This document shows, in pieces, positions 1-10,509 of a DNA stretch of 64,000 bases. The DNA is taken from positions 1-64,000 of the forward strand of contig DASWYF010000033.1 in the NCBI GenBank assembly GCA_036405135.1, in the 5' to 3' direction. Below the pieces are notes generated by a model. It was not told the origin of the DNA. It saw nothing but the letters and a program-made list of their open reading frames with translations, and made no database searches. The stretch comes from Verrucomicrobiia bacterium (GTDB lineage: Bacteria; Verrucomicrobiota; Verrucomicrobiia; Limisphaerales; JAEYXS01). Made by a program: the position numbers and the translations under genes. The stretch's first letter is position 1. Each line of letters begins with the position of its first letter.

Positions 1-751
1 CTTCCAAATGCAGGTCATCAAGGAACTGGACCTGCGTGAAAATCAAACCCAACCAGTTCCTAAAACCTGATGCACTGGCCAACTCAAAATGTGTCCACCA
101 TGTCCCCGCACACCTGTCCACCATCTCTCCAGTCTTTACACGAGGGGAGAAGGAAGAAAGAGGCCGTCCCTTATAGGATATGTGGGTGTATCGGGTGCTG
201 GATCGGGGCTCGTAAGCTGGAGGGAGAACGGGACGTCGGTGGGCGTAGGATTGTATGTCTCACCGGGGAATCCTCAGTAGCCACTGCGGAACCAGCCGGG
301 TCAAGGACAGCGCCAGAGTCTGGCCTCCCTGTGAGGAGGAGCCATAGGCCAGATACATCAACAGGGGTCGGATGGTTTCATTGCTCTTTGACATAGTTCC
401 TTAGCCATCCAAGGGATGGAGTGGGAAGTTTTCAGTGTTCAGTTTTCAGAGGAACACGAAAGCCGAAGATTCTGCCTTTGCTCTAGATTCAAAGCGTCGA
501 GGACGACGACGAGAACGAGGACGAAGGACGATTGGGTGGTGTTGGAGTGGCTGGCGAGGGTCGGATTCGGATTGGTGTGGACTGGTGGCTAGAGTGCCGC
601 AGAACAGGATGCCATCGAGAAGAGGGAGCATCGACCGGACGAGATGGGAAGGCGACTTCGGGGGAACGGATGAATTATGAAGGATGAGGTATGAAGGGAG
701 AAACGTCCAACTTCCAACTTTGAACGTTCAACGTTCAGAGGGGAAACCAGG

Positions 752-1543
752 ATGGTGGCGGGGAGGGTGGCAAAACTTTGGGCTTTGAACTTTGCCCGGC
801 TCCCCGCCATTCTGTCCCCCGTTTCTATGACTGTGACTTTGTTTGTGCCTTGCTTCGTTGATGCGTTGTTCCCGCAGGTCGGGATCAACATGGTCCATAT
901 TTTGGAGAAGCTGGGTCATCGCGTAGAATGTCCGGAGGAGATCGCTTGTTGCGGTCAGCCAGCCTTTAACTCCGGTTATTGGGATGAGGCGCGGTGTGTG
1001 GCGGAGCCGGTGGTGAAGCGCTTGAAAGATTCGGAGGCGGTGGTGATCGCGTCGGGATCTTGCGGCGCGATGTTAAAGGTGTTTTATCCGCAGCTTTTTG
1101 AGAACAAGCCCGAGGCGTCTGCGGCGCATGAACTCTCGCACAAAGTTTGGGAGTTCTCCGATTTTCTAGTGAAGAAGCTGGGCGTGACGGATCTGGGCGC
1201 GAAGTTCCCGGCGAAGGTGACGTTCCATGATGGTTGCCACGGGTTGCGTGAACTGGGCATCAAGTCTTCTCCGCGCAAGCTGCTGGAGAAGGTGCAAGGG
1301 CTGGAGCTGGTGGAGATGCAGGATGCCGAGACGTGCTGTGGTTTCGGTGGGACGTTCTCCGCGAAATTTCCGATGATCTCCACGGCGATGGGTGAGGTGA
1401 AGTGCGCGAGTGCCAAGGATACGGGTGCGGATTACATCGTCTCGAACGACTCGAGCTGCCTGATGCATGTGCAGGGGTTGTTGAGCCGTGAAGGGCACAA
1501 GCTCAAGACCATCCATCTCGCGGAGATCCTGGGTAAGAACTGA
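752..1543 (+). CDS. lutA: Lactate utilization protein A, (Fe-S)-binding protein with cysteine-rich CCG domains
   Basis: ORF track, 263 aa. Contains CCG-domain motifs (..ACCGQPAFNSGYW.. and ..ETCCGFGG..) typical of LutA/GlpC-like proteins. A GAGGGGA RBS-like sequence lies 8 nt before ATG 752. An alternative ATG at 827 gives the conventional N-terminus MTVTLFVPCFVD. The gene is followed by lutB and lutC. Confidence 0.8.
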   Translation: MVAGRVAKLWALNFARLPAILSPVSMTVTLFVPCFVDALFPQVGINMVHILEKLGHRVECPEEIACCGQPAFNSGYWDEARCVAEPVVKRLKDSEAVVIASGSCGAMLKVFYPQLFENKPEASAAHELSHKVWEFSDFLVKKLGVTDLGAKFPAKVTFHDGCHGLRELGIKSSPRKLLEKVQGLELVEMQDAETCCGFGGTFSAKFPMISTAMGEVKCASAKDTGADYIVSNDSSCLMHVQGLLSREGHKLKTIHLAEILGKN

Positions 1544-1555
1544 TTTATTTGTTGT

Positions 1556-2269
1556 ATGGAAGTGACTGCCAATCCTCTTGATCCCGTCAGCGAACAGCTC
1601 GCGTATTATTGCGCGCGCGCGCCAGAGTATGATGAGTGGTGGTTTCGCCTGGGCCGCTACGACAAGGGCCAGGAGCAGAACACGCAATGGTTCAGCGAAG
1701 GCGCGATCGTGGCGGAGGCGTTGCACGCGTTTCAGCCGGTTGGCGAAGTGTTGGAACTGGCGGGTGGCACGGGCATCTGGAGCGAGCAATTGCTCTCGCA
1801 CGCAAATCATCTCACGGTGGTGGATGGCTCCACGGAGATGCTGAAGCTGAATGCGGCGCGGTTGCATTCCTCCAGCGTCACTTACGTGGCGGCGAACATC
1901 TTCGAGTGGCAGCCGACGGATCGTTATGATGCGATCTTCTTCGGCTTCTGGCTCTCGCACGTGCCGCCGGAGAAGTTCGATGCGTTCTGGGAATTGGTCC
2001 GCAAGAGTTTGAAACCGGGTGGACGATTTTTCTTCGTGGACTCCAAGCTGGCGAGTTCGTCCATGGCGGCGAATCATCAATTGCCGGACAAGGATTCCAC
2101 GACGCATATCCGGCGCTTGAATGACGGTCGCACGTTCCAGATCTACAAGGTATTTTACGAGCTGGATGAATTGGCGGCGCGACTGAAACAAAAGGGCTGG
2201 TATGTGGACCTGCGCCAGACACAGAATTATTTTCTCTACGGCTCGGGTTCGCTCACGCAACCCGCATAA
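1556..2269 (+). CDS. Class I SAM-dependent methyltransferase
   Basis: 237 aa. Motif I-like VLELAGGTGIWS (glycine-rich SAM-binding loop) and downstream acidic beta-strand LTVVDGS. It is inserted between lutA and lutB. Confidence 0.65.
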   Translation: MEVTANPLDPVSEQLAYYCARAPEYDEWWFRLGRYDKGQEQNTQWFSEGAIVAEALHAFQPVGEVLELAGGTGIWSEQLLSHANHLTVVDGSTEMLKLNAARLHSSSVTYVAANIFEWQPTDRYDAIFFGFWLSHVPPEKFDAFWELVRKSLKPGGRFFFVDSKLASSSMAANHQLPDKDSTTHIRRLNDGRTFQIYKVFYELDELAARLKQKGWYVDLRQTQNYFLYGSGSLTQPA

Positions 2270-2272
2270 ACC

Positions 2273-3685
2273 ATGAGCAGTCATTCACAGGAATTTTTGC
2301 AGCAGGCAGATGTCGTCACGAAGGATCTGCGCCATCGCGGCCTTATCCAGACGGCGCTCCGCAAGTACGAGGTGGCGCGCGACAAGAAGAAGGCCGCGTT
2401 CGGTGATTGGCAATCCGCGCGCCAGGCCGCAGCCGAGACGAAGTGGGAAGCCATCAACCACATGGACCAGTATCTCGCGGAGTTCGCCGACAAGCTGGAG
2501 GCGCGCGGGACGAAGGTGCACTGGTGCAGCACGGCGGATCAGGCCCGGGATATCATCGTGAAGATCATCGCGGACAAGAAGGCGCGGTGCGTGATCAAGT
2601 CCAAGGCGATGACGGCAGAGGAGATCCACCTGAACGCCGCGATGGAGAAGGCGGGCTTCGAAGTGGTGGAGAGCGATCTGGGCGAATACATTGTGCAGCT
2701 CCGCAAAGAGCCGCCGTATCACATCGTCTTCCCCGCGATGCATCTCACGCGCGATGACATCAGCGATCTTTTCCAAAAAGAACTCGGCAGCGCGCCGACT
2801 CGCGAACCGGAAGAGCTGACGATGATCGCACGTCGGGCGCTCCGTAAGAAATACATCGAGGCAGACATCGGCATCACGGGCGCGAACTTCGCCATCGCAG
2901 AGACGGGCATGATCTCGCTCACGGAGAATGAGGGTAATGCGCGGCTCACGGCGGCCTTGCCCAAGACGATGATCACGCTCATGGGCATCGAGAAGCTGTT
3001 GCCGAAGATGGAAGACCTCGCGCTCTTCCTGCCGATGCTTGCCACAGCAGGTGCAGGCCAGACGGTGACGGGCTACAACACGCTCTACGGTGGACCGAAG
3101 CAACCCGGTGAAGTGGATGGGCCGGAGGAATGGCACGTGGTGCTGCTGGATAATCAGCGCAGCATCCTGCTCGCCGATCCGGAGCAACGCGATTCACTGC
3201 ATTGCATCCGTTGTGGTGCATGTCTGAATGTGTGCCCGATCTTCCGTAACGTGGGCGGCCATACTTACGGCACCACTTACAGCGGTCCCATCGGCAGTGT
3301 CATCACGCCGCATCTGCGCGGGCTGCAGAGCTGGAAGCATCTCAGCGGTTCGTCGTCACTTTGTGGGGCTTGCACGGAGACGTGTCCGGTGAAGATCGAT
3401 CTGCATCATCATCTCTTGCAGAACCGTCGCAACGCCAGCCAGGAAGAGCCGAACGCGATGGAGCAGACGGCCTACAAAGCATTTGGCATGGTGGCGAACA
3501 GCCCTGGCATGTGGCAAGTGGGCAAGGAACTCGCGCGCATGTTCCAGCCGCTGCACAAGTTCGTGCTGGGCAGCAAACTCGATCCTGCCAAACCATGGAC
3601 CGCGACGCGCGATGTGCAACCGGTGGCGCAGGAGAGTTTCAAAGAATGGTGGCAGAAGCATAAGTCCGCGAAGCAAGCGAAGTAA
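2273..3685 (+). CDS. lutB: Lactate utilization protein B, 4Fe-4S cluster-binding
   Basis: 470 aa. Two ferredoxin-type motifs, CIRCGACLNVCP and CGACTETCP. The size and position between lutA and lutC fit LutB. Confidence 0.85.
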   Translation: MSSHSQEFLQQADVVTKDLRHRGLIQTALRKYEVARDKKKAAFGDWQSARQAAAETKWEAINHMDQYLAEFADKLEARGTKVHWCSTADQARDIIVKIIADKKARCVIKSKAMTAEEIHLNAAMEKAGFEVVESDLGEYIVQLRKEPPYHIVFPAMHLTRDDISDLFQKELGSAPTREPEELTMIARRALRKKYIEADIGITGANFAIAETGMISLTENEGNARLTAALPKTMITLMGIEKLLPKMEDLALFLPMLATAGAGQTVTGYNTLYGGPKQPGEVDGPEEWHVVLLDNQRSILLADPEQRDSLHCIRCGACLNVCPIFRNVGGHTYGTTYSGPIGSVITPHLRGLQSWKHLSGSSSLCGACTETCPVKIDLHHHLLQNRRNASQEEPNAMEQTAYKAFGMVANSPGMWQVGKELARMFQPLHKFVLGSKLDPAKPWTATRDVQPVAQESFKEWWQKHKSAKQAK

Positions 3686-3689
3686 CAAC

Positions 3690-4379
3690 ATGACTGAGCG
3701 CGAAAAGATTTTAGGCCGTATCCGCGAGGCGTTGACACTGAGCGCGCCGCATCCGGGCACGCATGGTGGGCATGAACCGGCGCAGACCTTCACGGGTCGC
3801 CCGGTGCATTCCGCGCAGCCGTGGTTGCCACAAGGCGGCGAGACGGCGGAAGAGCAGCTTGAACGTTTCCGTGCGGCTTCGCTCGATCTCAAAACTGATT
3901 TCCGCGATGGAGCGGATGAAGCATCGGCCATGGCTATCTTGAAAGAGATCGCGCAGGTGGAAGGCTGGAAGAAGGTTGCCGCTCATCGCAGCACCTTGAC
4001 GGACAAGGCGACGCAAGCGCTGGCTCTGCCGGTGCTGCGCACGGACAGCGGTTACGACAAGCATGAGATGGAAGCGTGCGATGTAGGCATCACGGAGTGT
4101 GATGTCCTCGTAGCGCAGACGGGCAGCCTCATCGTGACGAGCCGCAGTTCCGGTGGGCGTGCGCTTAGCGTGCTGCCACCGCATCATGTGGTGATCGCTC
4201 GGCGCGAACAGCTTGTGCGCGATCTCTCCGCGGCATTTGCACTCATTCAGCAGAAGTATGCGGATAATTATCCCAGCATGATTTCGCTCGTCACCGGGCC
4301 GAGCCGCACGGGAGATATTGAGCGTATCCTCGTGCTCGGCGCGCATGGGCCGAAGAAGCTCACGGTGATCTTGTGGTAA
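3690..4379 (+). CDS. lutC: Lactate utilization protein C (LUD domain)
   Basis: Internal ATG at 3690 (MTEREKILGRIREAL..), 5 nt after the lutB stop. About 229 aa, LutC/LUD-like. The longer ORF-track start at 3483 overlaps lutB and is rejected. Confidence 0.75.
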   Translation: MTEREKILGRIREALTLSAPHPGTHGGHEPAQTFTGRPVHSAQPWLPQGGETAEEQLERFRAASLDLKTDFRDGADEASAMAILKEIAQVEGWKKVAAHRSTLTDKATQALALPVLRTDSGYDKHEMEACDVGITECDVLVAQTGSLIVTSRSSGGRALSVLPPHHVVIARREQLVRDLSAAFALIQQKYADNYPSMISLVTGPSRTGDIERILVLGAHGPKKLTVILW

Positions 4380-4407
4380 GCCATAAGCAAACAGGCGAGG
4401 GCGCCCG

Positions 4408-4424
4408 CCCCACTACGCCAGCAG
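4408..4424 (-). other. Stop-adjacent conserved motif CGTAGTGGG + GC hairpin (copy 1)
   Basis: Minus-strand sense reads TAG-CGTAGTGGGGCGGGCGCCC immediately after the DUF1501 stop. The same 9-mer plus hairpin follows two other minus-strand genes (14952-14966 and 24500-24528). Confidence 0.5.
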
Positions 4425-5852
4425 CTTCGTCACGATCTCCCCATGCACATCGGTGAGGCGGAAATCGCGGCCTTGGAAGCGGTAGGTGAGTTTCTTGTGA
4501 TCGAAGCCCATCAGATGCTGCAAGGTCGCGTGGAGATCATGCACGTGGACTTTATCCACGGTGGCGTTGAAGCCGAGTTCATCGGATTCGCCGAGTGTGA
4601 TGCCGGGCTTGATGCCACCACCAGCCATCCACATGGTGAACGCGTTCGGGTGGTGGTCGCGACCATCGTTGCCACCTTGCACCATCGGTGTGCGACCGAA
4701 TTCACCGCCCCAGATGACGAGCGTGTCTTCCAAGAGGCCACGTTGCTTGAGGTCCATCACAAGGGCGGCGCTAGCTTGATCGGTGTTCTTGCAATTCTTC
4801 TTCAGGCCGTTGACCAAGTTGCCGTGCTGATCCCAAGCTTCGTGAAAGATCTCCACGAAACGCACGCCGCGCTCGATGAGGCGACGCGCGAGCAAGCAAT
4901 TGTTCGCGAAGGAGGCCTTGCCCGGCTCCGCGCCATACATATCGAGGATGTGCTGCGGTTCTTTCGAGATGTCCACCACATCGGGCGCGCTCGCCTGCAT
5001 GCGATACGCCATCTCGAAGGAGTTGATGCGCGTGGCGATCTCCGGATCACCCGTCACATTCAGACGCATGCCGTTCAGCTTGTTCAGCGTATCGAGGGAC
5101 TCGCGCTGGAGCGATTCATCCACACCCTTCGGATTGCTGAGATAGAGGACGGGCTCGCCGCTGTTCCGGAATTGCACGCCCTGATAGACGCTGGGGAGAA
5201 AGCCGCTGCCGAAGTTCGAGCTGCCGCCGCTCGGGCCTTTATCACCCGAGCTGAACACCACGAAGCCCGGCAGATCATTCGCCTCACTGCCGAGGCCGTA
5301 GCAAGACCACGCGCCAAAGCTCGGGCGACCAAACTGCTGCGAACCCGTGTTCATCATGATCTGGCCGGGCGCGTGATTGAACGCATCCGTGACCATGGAT
5401 TTCACGATCGCGATCTCATCCGCGATCTTCGCCGTGTAAGGCAGCAATTCAGAAAGCTCGGCGCCACTACGACCGTATTTCGCGAACTTAAATTTCGGTC
5501 CCAACAACTTCGACTGCGGATTGATGAACGCGGAACGATAACCCTTCAGCAGTTCTGCGGGCGGCAATGTGCCATCAAACTTCGCGAGCTGTGGTTTGTT
5601 ATCGAACAATTCGAGATGACTCGGCGCGCCGGCCATGAAGAGGTAGATGACACGCTTGGCTTTCGCGGCGTAATGCGGAGCGCGGACGGCGAGCGGGTTC
5701 GTTGCGTCCGCTTTGCTCATCGCGTTCGCAGCGGGCGACATGAGCTGATTCAGTGCGATCGCACCCAAGCCCACACCACACTGTTGCAGAAACCAACGGC
5801 GGCTGACCTCTCTCGGATCCTGTCCGCGATAAAGATGAGACTGGCAGTTCAT
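4413..5852 (-). CDS. DUF1501 family protein (sulfatase-like fold), Tat-secreted
   Basis: Start at the internal ATG giving [34 protein letters not shown], a twin-arginine signal. Sequence is typical of Planctomycetes/Verrucomicrobia DUF1501 proteins. Only 5 nt separate it from the upstream PSD1 gene stop. Confidence 0.85.
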   Translation of the reverse strand: MNCQSHLYRGQDPREVSRRWFLQQCGVGLGAIALNQLMSPAANAMSKADATNPLAVRAPHYAAKAKRVIYLFMAGAPSHLELFDNKPQLAKFDGTLPPAELLKGYRSAFINPQSKLLGPKFKFAKYGRSGAELSELLPYTAKIADEIAIVKSMVTDAFNHAPGQIMMNTGSQQFGRPSFGAWSCYGLGSEANDLPGFVVFSSGDKGPSGGSSNFGSGFLPSVYQGVQFRNSGEPVLYLSNPKGVDESLQRESLDTLNKLNGMRLNVTGDPEIATRINSFEMAYRMQASAPDVVDISKEPQHILDMYGAEPGKASFANNCLLARRLIERGVRFVEIFHEAWDQHGNLVNGLKKNCKNTDQASAALVMDLKQRGLLEDTLVIWGGEFGRTPMVQGGNDGRDHHPNAFTMWMAGGGIKPGITLGESDELGFNATVDKVHVHDLHATLQHLMGFDHKKLTYRFQGRDFRLTDVHGEIVTKLLA

Positions 5853-5857
5853 ACGAC

Positions 5858-8800
5858 TTATTCCTTCGTGATCGTTTCGTCGAGGTTCAGCAGCACGCGG
5901 GAGACAGCGGTCCACGCGGCGAGCTGGGCTTCGTTGATGCCTGAGGGCAATTTGCTGACTTCATTGCTCGCGAGTTCGAGCGGCTTCGCATCTTTCGCGC
6001 TGAAGCGGTCGAGCTGCTTCTGCAAGAGCGCTTCGAGTTCTTTTGCTTCATCTTTCGAGGGCTTGCGCGAGACGCAGCAGCGGAAGGCGTATTCGAGACG
6101 GCTCGCATCCGTGGTGCCGCCTTCACGCAAGACGCGTTGGGCAAGGCCTTGGGCGGTTTCCATGGAGATAGGATCGTTCAAAGTCATGAGTGCTTGCAGC
6201 GGGGTGTTCGAGCGACCGCGGCGCACGCAGGAGAAATCACCGTTCGGCGCATCGAAGGCTTGCAGAAGCGGATACGGCACGGAGCGATAACGGAACGTGT
6301 AGAGCGCGCGGCGATAACGGTTCTCGCCCTTCTCCTCTTCCCAGAATTTCGGACCGTAACTGGTGGGCGGCAGGAACAGGAATTCTGGTGCGGGCGGATA
6401 CACACTCGCGCCACCAACTTTTTGATTCAGCAGACCGCTGGCGCTCAGGCCGATGTCACGCACTAGTTCGGCATCCACGCGGAAGCGGGAACCACGGGCG
6501 AGCAAGCGGTTGTTCGGGTCCAGCGCCAGCAGCTCCGGCGTGACGGAAGAGGCTTGGCGATAAGTGGAGGACGTGACGATGAGACGGTGGAGTTTTTTCA
6601 TACTCCATTTGTTTTCCATGAAGTTCACAGAGAGCCAGTCGAGCAATTCAGGATGTGAAGGCGCTGGCGCTTGCACGCCGAGGTCTTCGCTCGTCTCCAC
6701 CAGGCCGATGCCGAAGTAGGATTGCCATACGCGGTTCACCATGGAGCGCGCAGCCGTCGGGGATTTTGGATCGACGAGCCATTTCGCGAAGGTGAGGCGG
6801 TTGCCTTCATTTTTCTCCGGCAGAGGATTCAGCACCTTGGGCACACCGGTGGTCATCTTGTCCGCGGGCTTGGTCATGTCACCGCGCTTGAGGAGGAAGG
6901 TATCGCGCGGGTTGTCCATGCGGTTCAGCACCATCTGCGTGCTGCCTTGTGGATGTTGCTTCCAGAGGGCGGCGATCTGCGCGTTGGCATCCTTCCACTC
7001 CGGCACTTGCTGACGCCAGTAGGTGAAGAGATCGGCTTTCTGGATGCGTGTGCGCTGGGCGGCAGGCGTCTCCAAGATGTTCAGGATGTGATGCGGCAAG
7101 GTCGGTGCAGTCTCCGTCACATCCCCGGCGTAAGAGACGCGGAAGCGGCCGAGGTTCAGGTTTTGGTTTTGGTCGCTGTTCGGGCCGCCGTGCTGCTGCT
7201 GGATCTCGAAGGTGAACTTCGTGCCCGCTGGATAAGCGAAATTATTCGTGGCGATGAAGATCGCGGTGCGATCCTGATTGCGCTGGCCGGGTCCGGCATC
7301 GATGCCCCACGCGGTCTTCACGTCTTTGTCGATCGCATAGCTGATCGGGCCAGTGACGCGGTATTCGTTTGTCTTGTAATTCCCTTGCAGCACCTTCGGC
7401 AGCACCATCTCTTCGTTGCCGAAATCGGCGATGGCTTTCGCGAACTTCACGCCCGTCTTCTCGTTCGGCTTGGTGGCATCTTCCGTCACCACGCGGAATT
7501 CGGTGAGCGCCATCAAACCTTCCGTGGAACGCCCCGGGCCACCGGCAGGTAGATTCGGATCGGTCATCAATTCGAGACGGAACGCATTGATGTTCGTGGC
7601 GGTGACATTGTTCGTGAAGACGGCGGTGAAGCGCGTGGGCGCGTAGCCGGAGCCCATCTGCGAACCATCGGGGAAATCGTAGTAGCGTTGGGCATTGTCA
7701 CCAGCATTGCTCAGCGGCAACACCGTCCACTTCGGCGAACGTTGCTTCACGGATTCTTCCCACGCGGTGAGTTTCTTCTCCCAATCCGGCGTGCGATGCT
7801 TCAGATCTTCCTCGATCTTCGCGATGTCGCCGAGCAGTTGCGCGCGGCGCATGTTTTGATCCGGCGAATACACATTCATGCTGCCTTCCGTGCTGTCATT
7901 GATGAAGGCGAAGAGCTGGTAATATTCTTTCTGCGAGATGGGGTCGTATTTGTGATCGTGGCATTGCGCGCACTGGACGGTGAGGCCCATCACGCTTTTG
8001 CCGATGGCGTCGAGGCGATCGAACATCGCCTCCATGCGGAACTGCTCGGGATGCACGCCGCCTTCCTCATTGATCATGGAATTGCGGAGGAAACCGGTGG
8101 CGACCTTCTGGTCCTGCGTGGAGTTCGGAAGCAAGTCACCGGCGATCTGCTCGATGACAAACTGGTTGTAAGGCAGGTCGCGATTGAAAGCGTTGATGAC
8201 CCAATCACGGTAGAACCACACATCGCGCGGCTTGTCTTTCTCGAAGCCATCGGAATCCGCGTAACGCGCGCCATCCAACCAAATACGCGCCCAGCGTTCG
8301 CCGTAATGCGGTGAAGCGAGCAGTCGCTCCACCTGTTTCTCATAGGCATTCGCGGAACGATCGGCGAGGAAAGCATCCACTTGCGCAGGCGTTGGCGGCA
8401 GGCCGATGAGGTCGAGCGAGAGGCGACGCAACAAAGTGACCTTGTCCGCTTCCAGCGAGGGCTTGAGCTTTTCGTGCTCCAGCTTGGCCATCACGAAGCG
8501 GTCGATGGGATTCGCCACCCAGCGCGTGTTCTTCACCTTGGGCAGTTCCGGTTTCACGGGCGTCTTGAAGGCCCAATGATCTTGCCCCGCCGAGGCGAGT
8601 TTCACGGAAGCACTCTCCGGCCACACGGCGCCCTGATCGATCCATTGCTTGATGAGCGTGATTTGCTCTGCGGTTAGGCGTTCGCCCTTCTTGGGCATTG
8701 GATCCACTTCCTTGTGCGTGGCGGTGATGACTTGGAAGAGCACGCTCTTGGCGCTGTCACCGGGGACGATGGCGGCACCGTGATAGCCGCCTTTGAAGGC

Positions 8801-8992
8801 GTTCTCTTTGCTATCCAGGCGCAGGGCGGACTCCTGTTTGAAGGAGCCGTGGCAATCCGTGCAGCGCGAGGTGAAAATGGGCTGGATATCGCGGACGAAG
8901 TCCACGGAAGCGGCGTTCAAGCTGCACACACCGGCCAGCAAGACCATGATACCGGCGGCAAGGCGCGACGTTCTTTCAGGCAACAAAGACAT
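5858..8992 (-). CDS. PSCyt1 (Planctomycete cytochrome c, CxxCH) / PSCyt2 (DUF1549) / PSD1 (DUF1553) multidomain protein
   Basis: 1044 aa. N-terminal signal peptide, then SRCTDCHG heme-binding CxxCH. Length and co-operonic DUF1501 partner match the classic PVC gene pair. Confidence 0.85.
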   Translation of the reverse strand: MSLLPERTSRLAAGIMVLLAGVCSLNAASVDFVRDIQPIFTSRCTDCHGSFKQESALRLDSKENAFKGGYHGAAIVPGDSAKSVLFQVITATHKEVDPMPKKGERLTAEQITLIKQWIDQGAVWPESASVKLASAGQDHWAFKTPVKPELPKVKNTRWVANPIDRFVMAKLEHEKLKPSLEADKVTLLRRLSLDLIGLPPTPAQVDAFLADRSANAYEKQVERLLASPHYGERWARIWLDGARYADSDGFEKDKPRDVWFYRDWVINAFNRDLPYNQFVIEQIAGDLLPNSTQDQKVATGFLRNSMINEEGGVHPEQFRMEAMFDRLDAIGKSVMGLTVQCAQCHDHKYDPISQKEYYQLFAFINDSTEGSMNVYSPDQNMRRAQLLGDIAKIEEDLKHRTPDWEKKLTAWEESVKQRSPKWTVLPLSNAGDNAQRYYDFPDGSQMGSGYAPTRFTAVFTNNVTATNINAFRLELMTDPNLPAGGPGRSTEGLMALTEFRVVTEDATKPNEKTGVKFAKAIADFGNEEMVLPKVLQGNYKTNEYRVTGPISYAIDKDVKTAWGIDAGPGQRNQDRTAIFIATNNFAYPAGTKFTFEIQQQHGGPNSDQNQNLNLGRFRVSYAGDVTETAPTLPHHILNILETPAAQRTRIQKADLFTYWRQQVPEWKDANAQIAALWKQHPQGSTQMVLNRMDNPRDTFLLKRGDMTKPADKMTTGVPKVLNPLPEKNEGNRLTFAKWLVDPKSPTAARSMVNRVWQSYFGIGLVETSEDLGVQAPAPSHPELLDWLSVNFMENKWSMKKLHRLIVTSSTYRQASSVTPELLALDPNNRLLARGSRFRVDAELVRDIGLSASGLLNQKVGGASVYPPAPEFLFLPPTSYGPKFWEEEKGENRYRRALYTFRYRSVPYPLLQAFDAPNGDFSCVRRGRSNTPLQALMTLNDPISMETAQGLAQRVLREGGTTDASRLEYAFRCCVSRKPSKDEAKELEALLQKQLDRFSAKDAKPLELASNEVSKLPSGINEAQLAAWTAVSRVLLNLDETITKE

Positions 8993-9085
8993 ATTCAGGC
9001 TATTACTAGATACTAGTGCATCCGCGCCGTGCCGGAATAGAGAAAATTGCTTACCTGTATGGAGGATTCAGCCATGTTCAAAAGG

Positions 9086-9136
9086 AAACATCGAACATCC
9101 AACATCGAACATCCAACATCGAACTCTGAACATCGA
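9086..9136. repeat. Tandem heptanucleotide repeat (AACATCS)x7
   Basis: aacatcg|aacatcc|aacatcg|aacatcc|aacatcg|aactctg|aacatcg read directly. The repeat lies about 95-145 nt upstream of the PSD1-DUF1501 operon start, on the other strand. Confidence 0.8.
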
Positions 9137-9191
9137 AAGCGGGATGACCAGAAATAGTTAGTTCTGCCTCCTCATCCCGCATACGGGACAG

Positions 9192-10100
9192 CTACGAGGA
9201 GGTGCCGCGTTCGCGTTTACGGAAGTCGGTGGGGGTGAAGCCGGTGACTTGTTTGAAATCGCGGCTGAAGAAAAATTGGTCGCTGTAGCCGCACTGGCTG
9301 GCGACTTGTTTGATGGCTTCATCCGTTTCGATGAGGCGGCGCTTGGCGTGGGTGATACGCTCGCGGCGGAGCCATTCATGCGGGCTGGTGCCGAGGTGTT
9401 GCTTGAAGACGCGAAAGAAGTGCGAGGGGCTCATGCCCGCCATGGCAGCCAGTTCAGGCACGCGCCAAGGCTGGAAAAATTTCAGCCGCATCGTCTCGAT
9501 CGGCTTGCGCAAGCGCTCGGGCATGGTGTGATCACCGCCCGCCAGGAGACCACTGGCCTGCCGCGATTCCGTGAGTATGGCGACGAGTTGGGCGAGATCG
9601 CTGTTCAGCCACGCATCGGTGCTGACATCCGGGGCCTGCAACCGCTCGAAAATGCGATCGAAAATGGCACGGATGGGACGCAACGCCAACCCCGCGAAGA
9701 TCGGGTGCGTCTTCACGGCGAGATTCGTGGCCCATCGCGCGCCTTGCGGTCCATCGAAGCGTAGCCAGTAAACTTCCCATGGATTCTGCGGCACACACCG
9801 GAACACATGTGGCTGCCCGCAATCGATCCACACCAGCTCGCCCGCCTTCACCGGCCAGACCTTGCCCTGCACCTGCACCTCACCCTGACCTTTGAGGCAG
9901 AGAATGAGTTCATGACCTGGATAATGGTCCCGCGTGATGTGATGCTCCGGCCCCGCGATGAGATGTCCGGCGCGCACGACGCTGTGATGACACGCGAATG
10001 TCTCCGCTGAAGGAGTATGATACAGCGAGCTCAAAAAACGCGTTGTCGCCGCCGGTTTGGTCACATGTGGAGCATGCGGGGAAAAAGGACGGATGTCCAA
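9192..10100 (-). CDS. AraC family transcriptional regulator (cupin sensor + HTH_AraC)
   Basis: 302 aa. C-terminal AraC-type helix-turn-helix (..SPSHFFRVFKQHLGTSPHEWLRRERI..QCGYSDQFFFSRDFKQVTGFTPTDFRK). The N-terminal beta-rich region is cupin-like. Confidence 0.8.
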   Translation of the reverse strand: MDIRPFSPHAPHVTKPAATTRFLSSLYHTPSAETFACHHSVVRAGHLIAGPEHHITRDHYPGHELILCLKGQGEVQVQGKVWPVKAGELVWIDCGQPHVFRCVPQNPWEVYWLRFDGPQGARWATNLAVKTHPIFAGLALRPIRAIFDRIFERLQAPDVSTDAWLNSDLAQLVAILTESRQASGLLAGGDHTMPERLRKPIETMRLKFFQPWRVPELAAMAGMSPSHFFRVFKQHLGTSPHEWLRRERITHAKRRLIETDEAIKQVASQCGYSDQFFFSRDFKQVTGFTPTDFRKRERGTSS

Positions 10101-10457
10101 TCTGGAGGCTTAATAAGCTCAAAGTTCAAAACTCAAAGCTCAACGGAGGGAGACATGGAAACTCCAACATCGGGAGGAAGGCGTCGTAACATCTCTTCCG
10201 TGGAAGAGTGTTCTCGCTCAAGTTGTTTGCATGCCAAAAGCGTCCAGCAGGAAAGTGGTGGGCGGTGGACAGGCTGCGGCTGTAGTTAAGAAGCCGAAGA
10301 CGCAGGCGGGGCGGATCATGTATATCGAGTGCAAGGCGGGAGCTTTGCAGGGGGAGAGGCACGCATCGGGCGGGTGACTTTTCCAAGACAGGACGCACAC
10401 TCTACTCTCACGGACAGAAATTCCAGAGTCTCTAAGGCAAGTCCCCATACACATTGC

Positions 10458-10499
10458 TTGACAAAGTGTATCAAGTGTACTATTACTACTAATACACTA
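10458..10499 (+). promoter_or_regulatory. Sigma70-like promoter (TTGACA-17-TATTAC) with AGTGTA half-site operator for the gntR/ytrA operon
   Basis: TTGACA at 10458-10463, a 17-nt spacer, then TATTAC at 10481-10486. Half-sites AGTGTA-tca-AGTGTA ... TACACT overlap the -10 region. The GTG start of the GntR gene follows at 10510. Confidence 0.5.
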
Positions 10500-10509
10500 A
10501 TAAATCATC

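Noticed and set aside
70-396. 108-aa and 63-aa ORFs at the window start
   Set aside because: No RBS, no motif, and low-complexity translation. The region is treated as non-coding.
1166-2284. 372-aa minus-strand ORF overlapping lutA and the methyltransferase
   Set aside because: Antisense to two well-supported genes. Arg/Leu-rich composition typical of GC-rich antisense frames.
3483-3689. Long N-terminal extension of the lutC ORF overlapping lutB
   Set aside because: The extension overlaps the lutB 3' end by about 200 nt in another frame. The internal ATG at 3690 gives the conventional LutC N-terminus directly after the lutB stop.
4443-6290. 615-aa plus-strand ORF antisense to the DUF1501 and PSD1 genes
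   Set aside because: A typical long 'shadow' ORF of high-GC DNA. The opposite strand encodes two proteins with clear family signatures and signal peptides. The ORF itself is low-complexity and Arg/Ala-rich.
9086-9136. Possible CRISPR array (short direct repeats)
   Set aside because: The repeat unit is only 7 nt with no spacers. This and the other heptad arrays are microsatellite-like, not CRISPR. No cas genes are present in the window.
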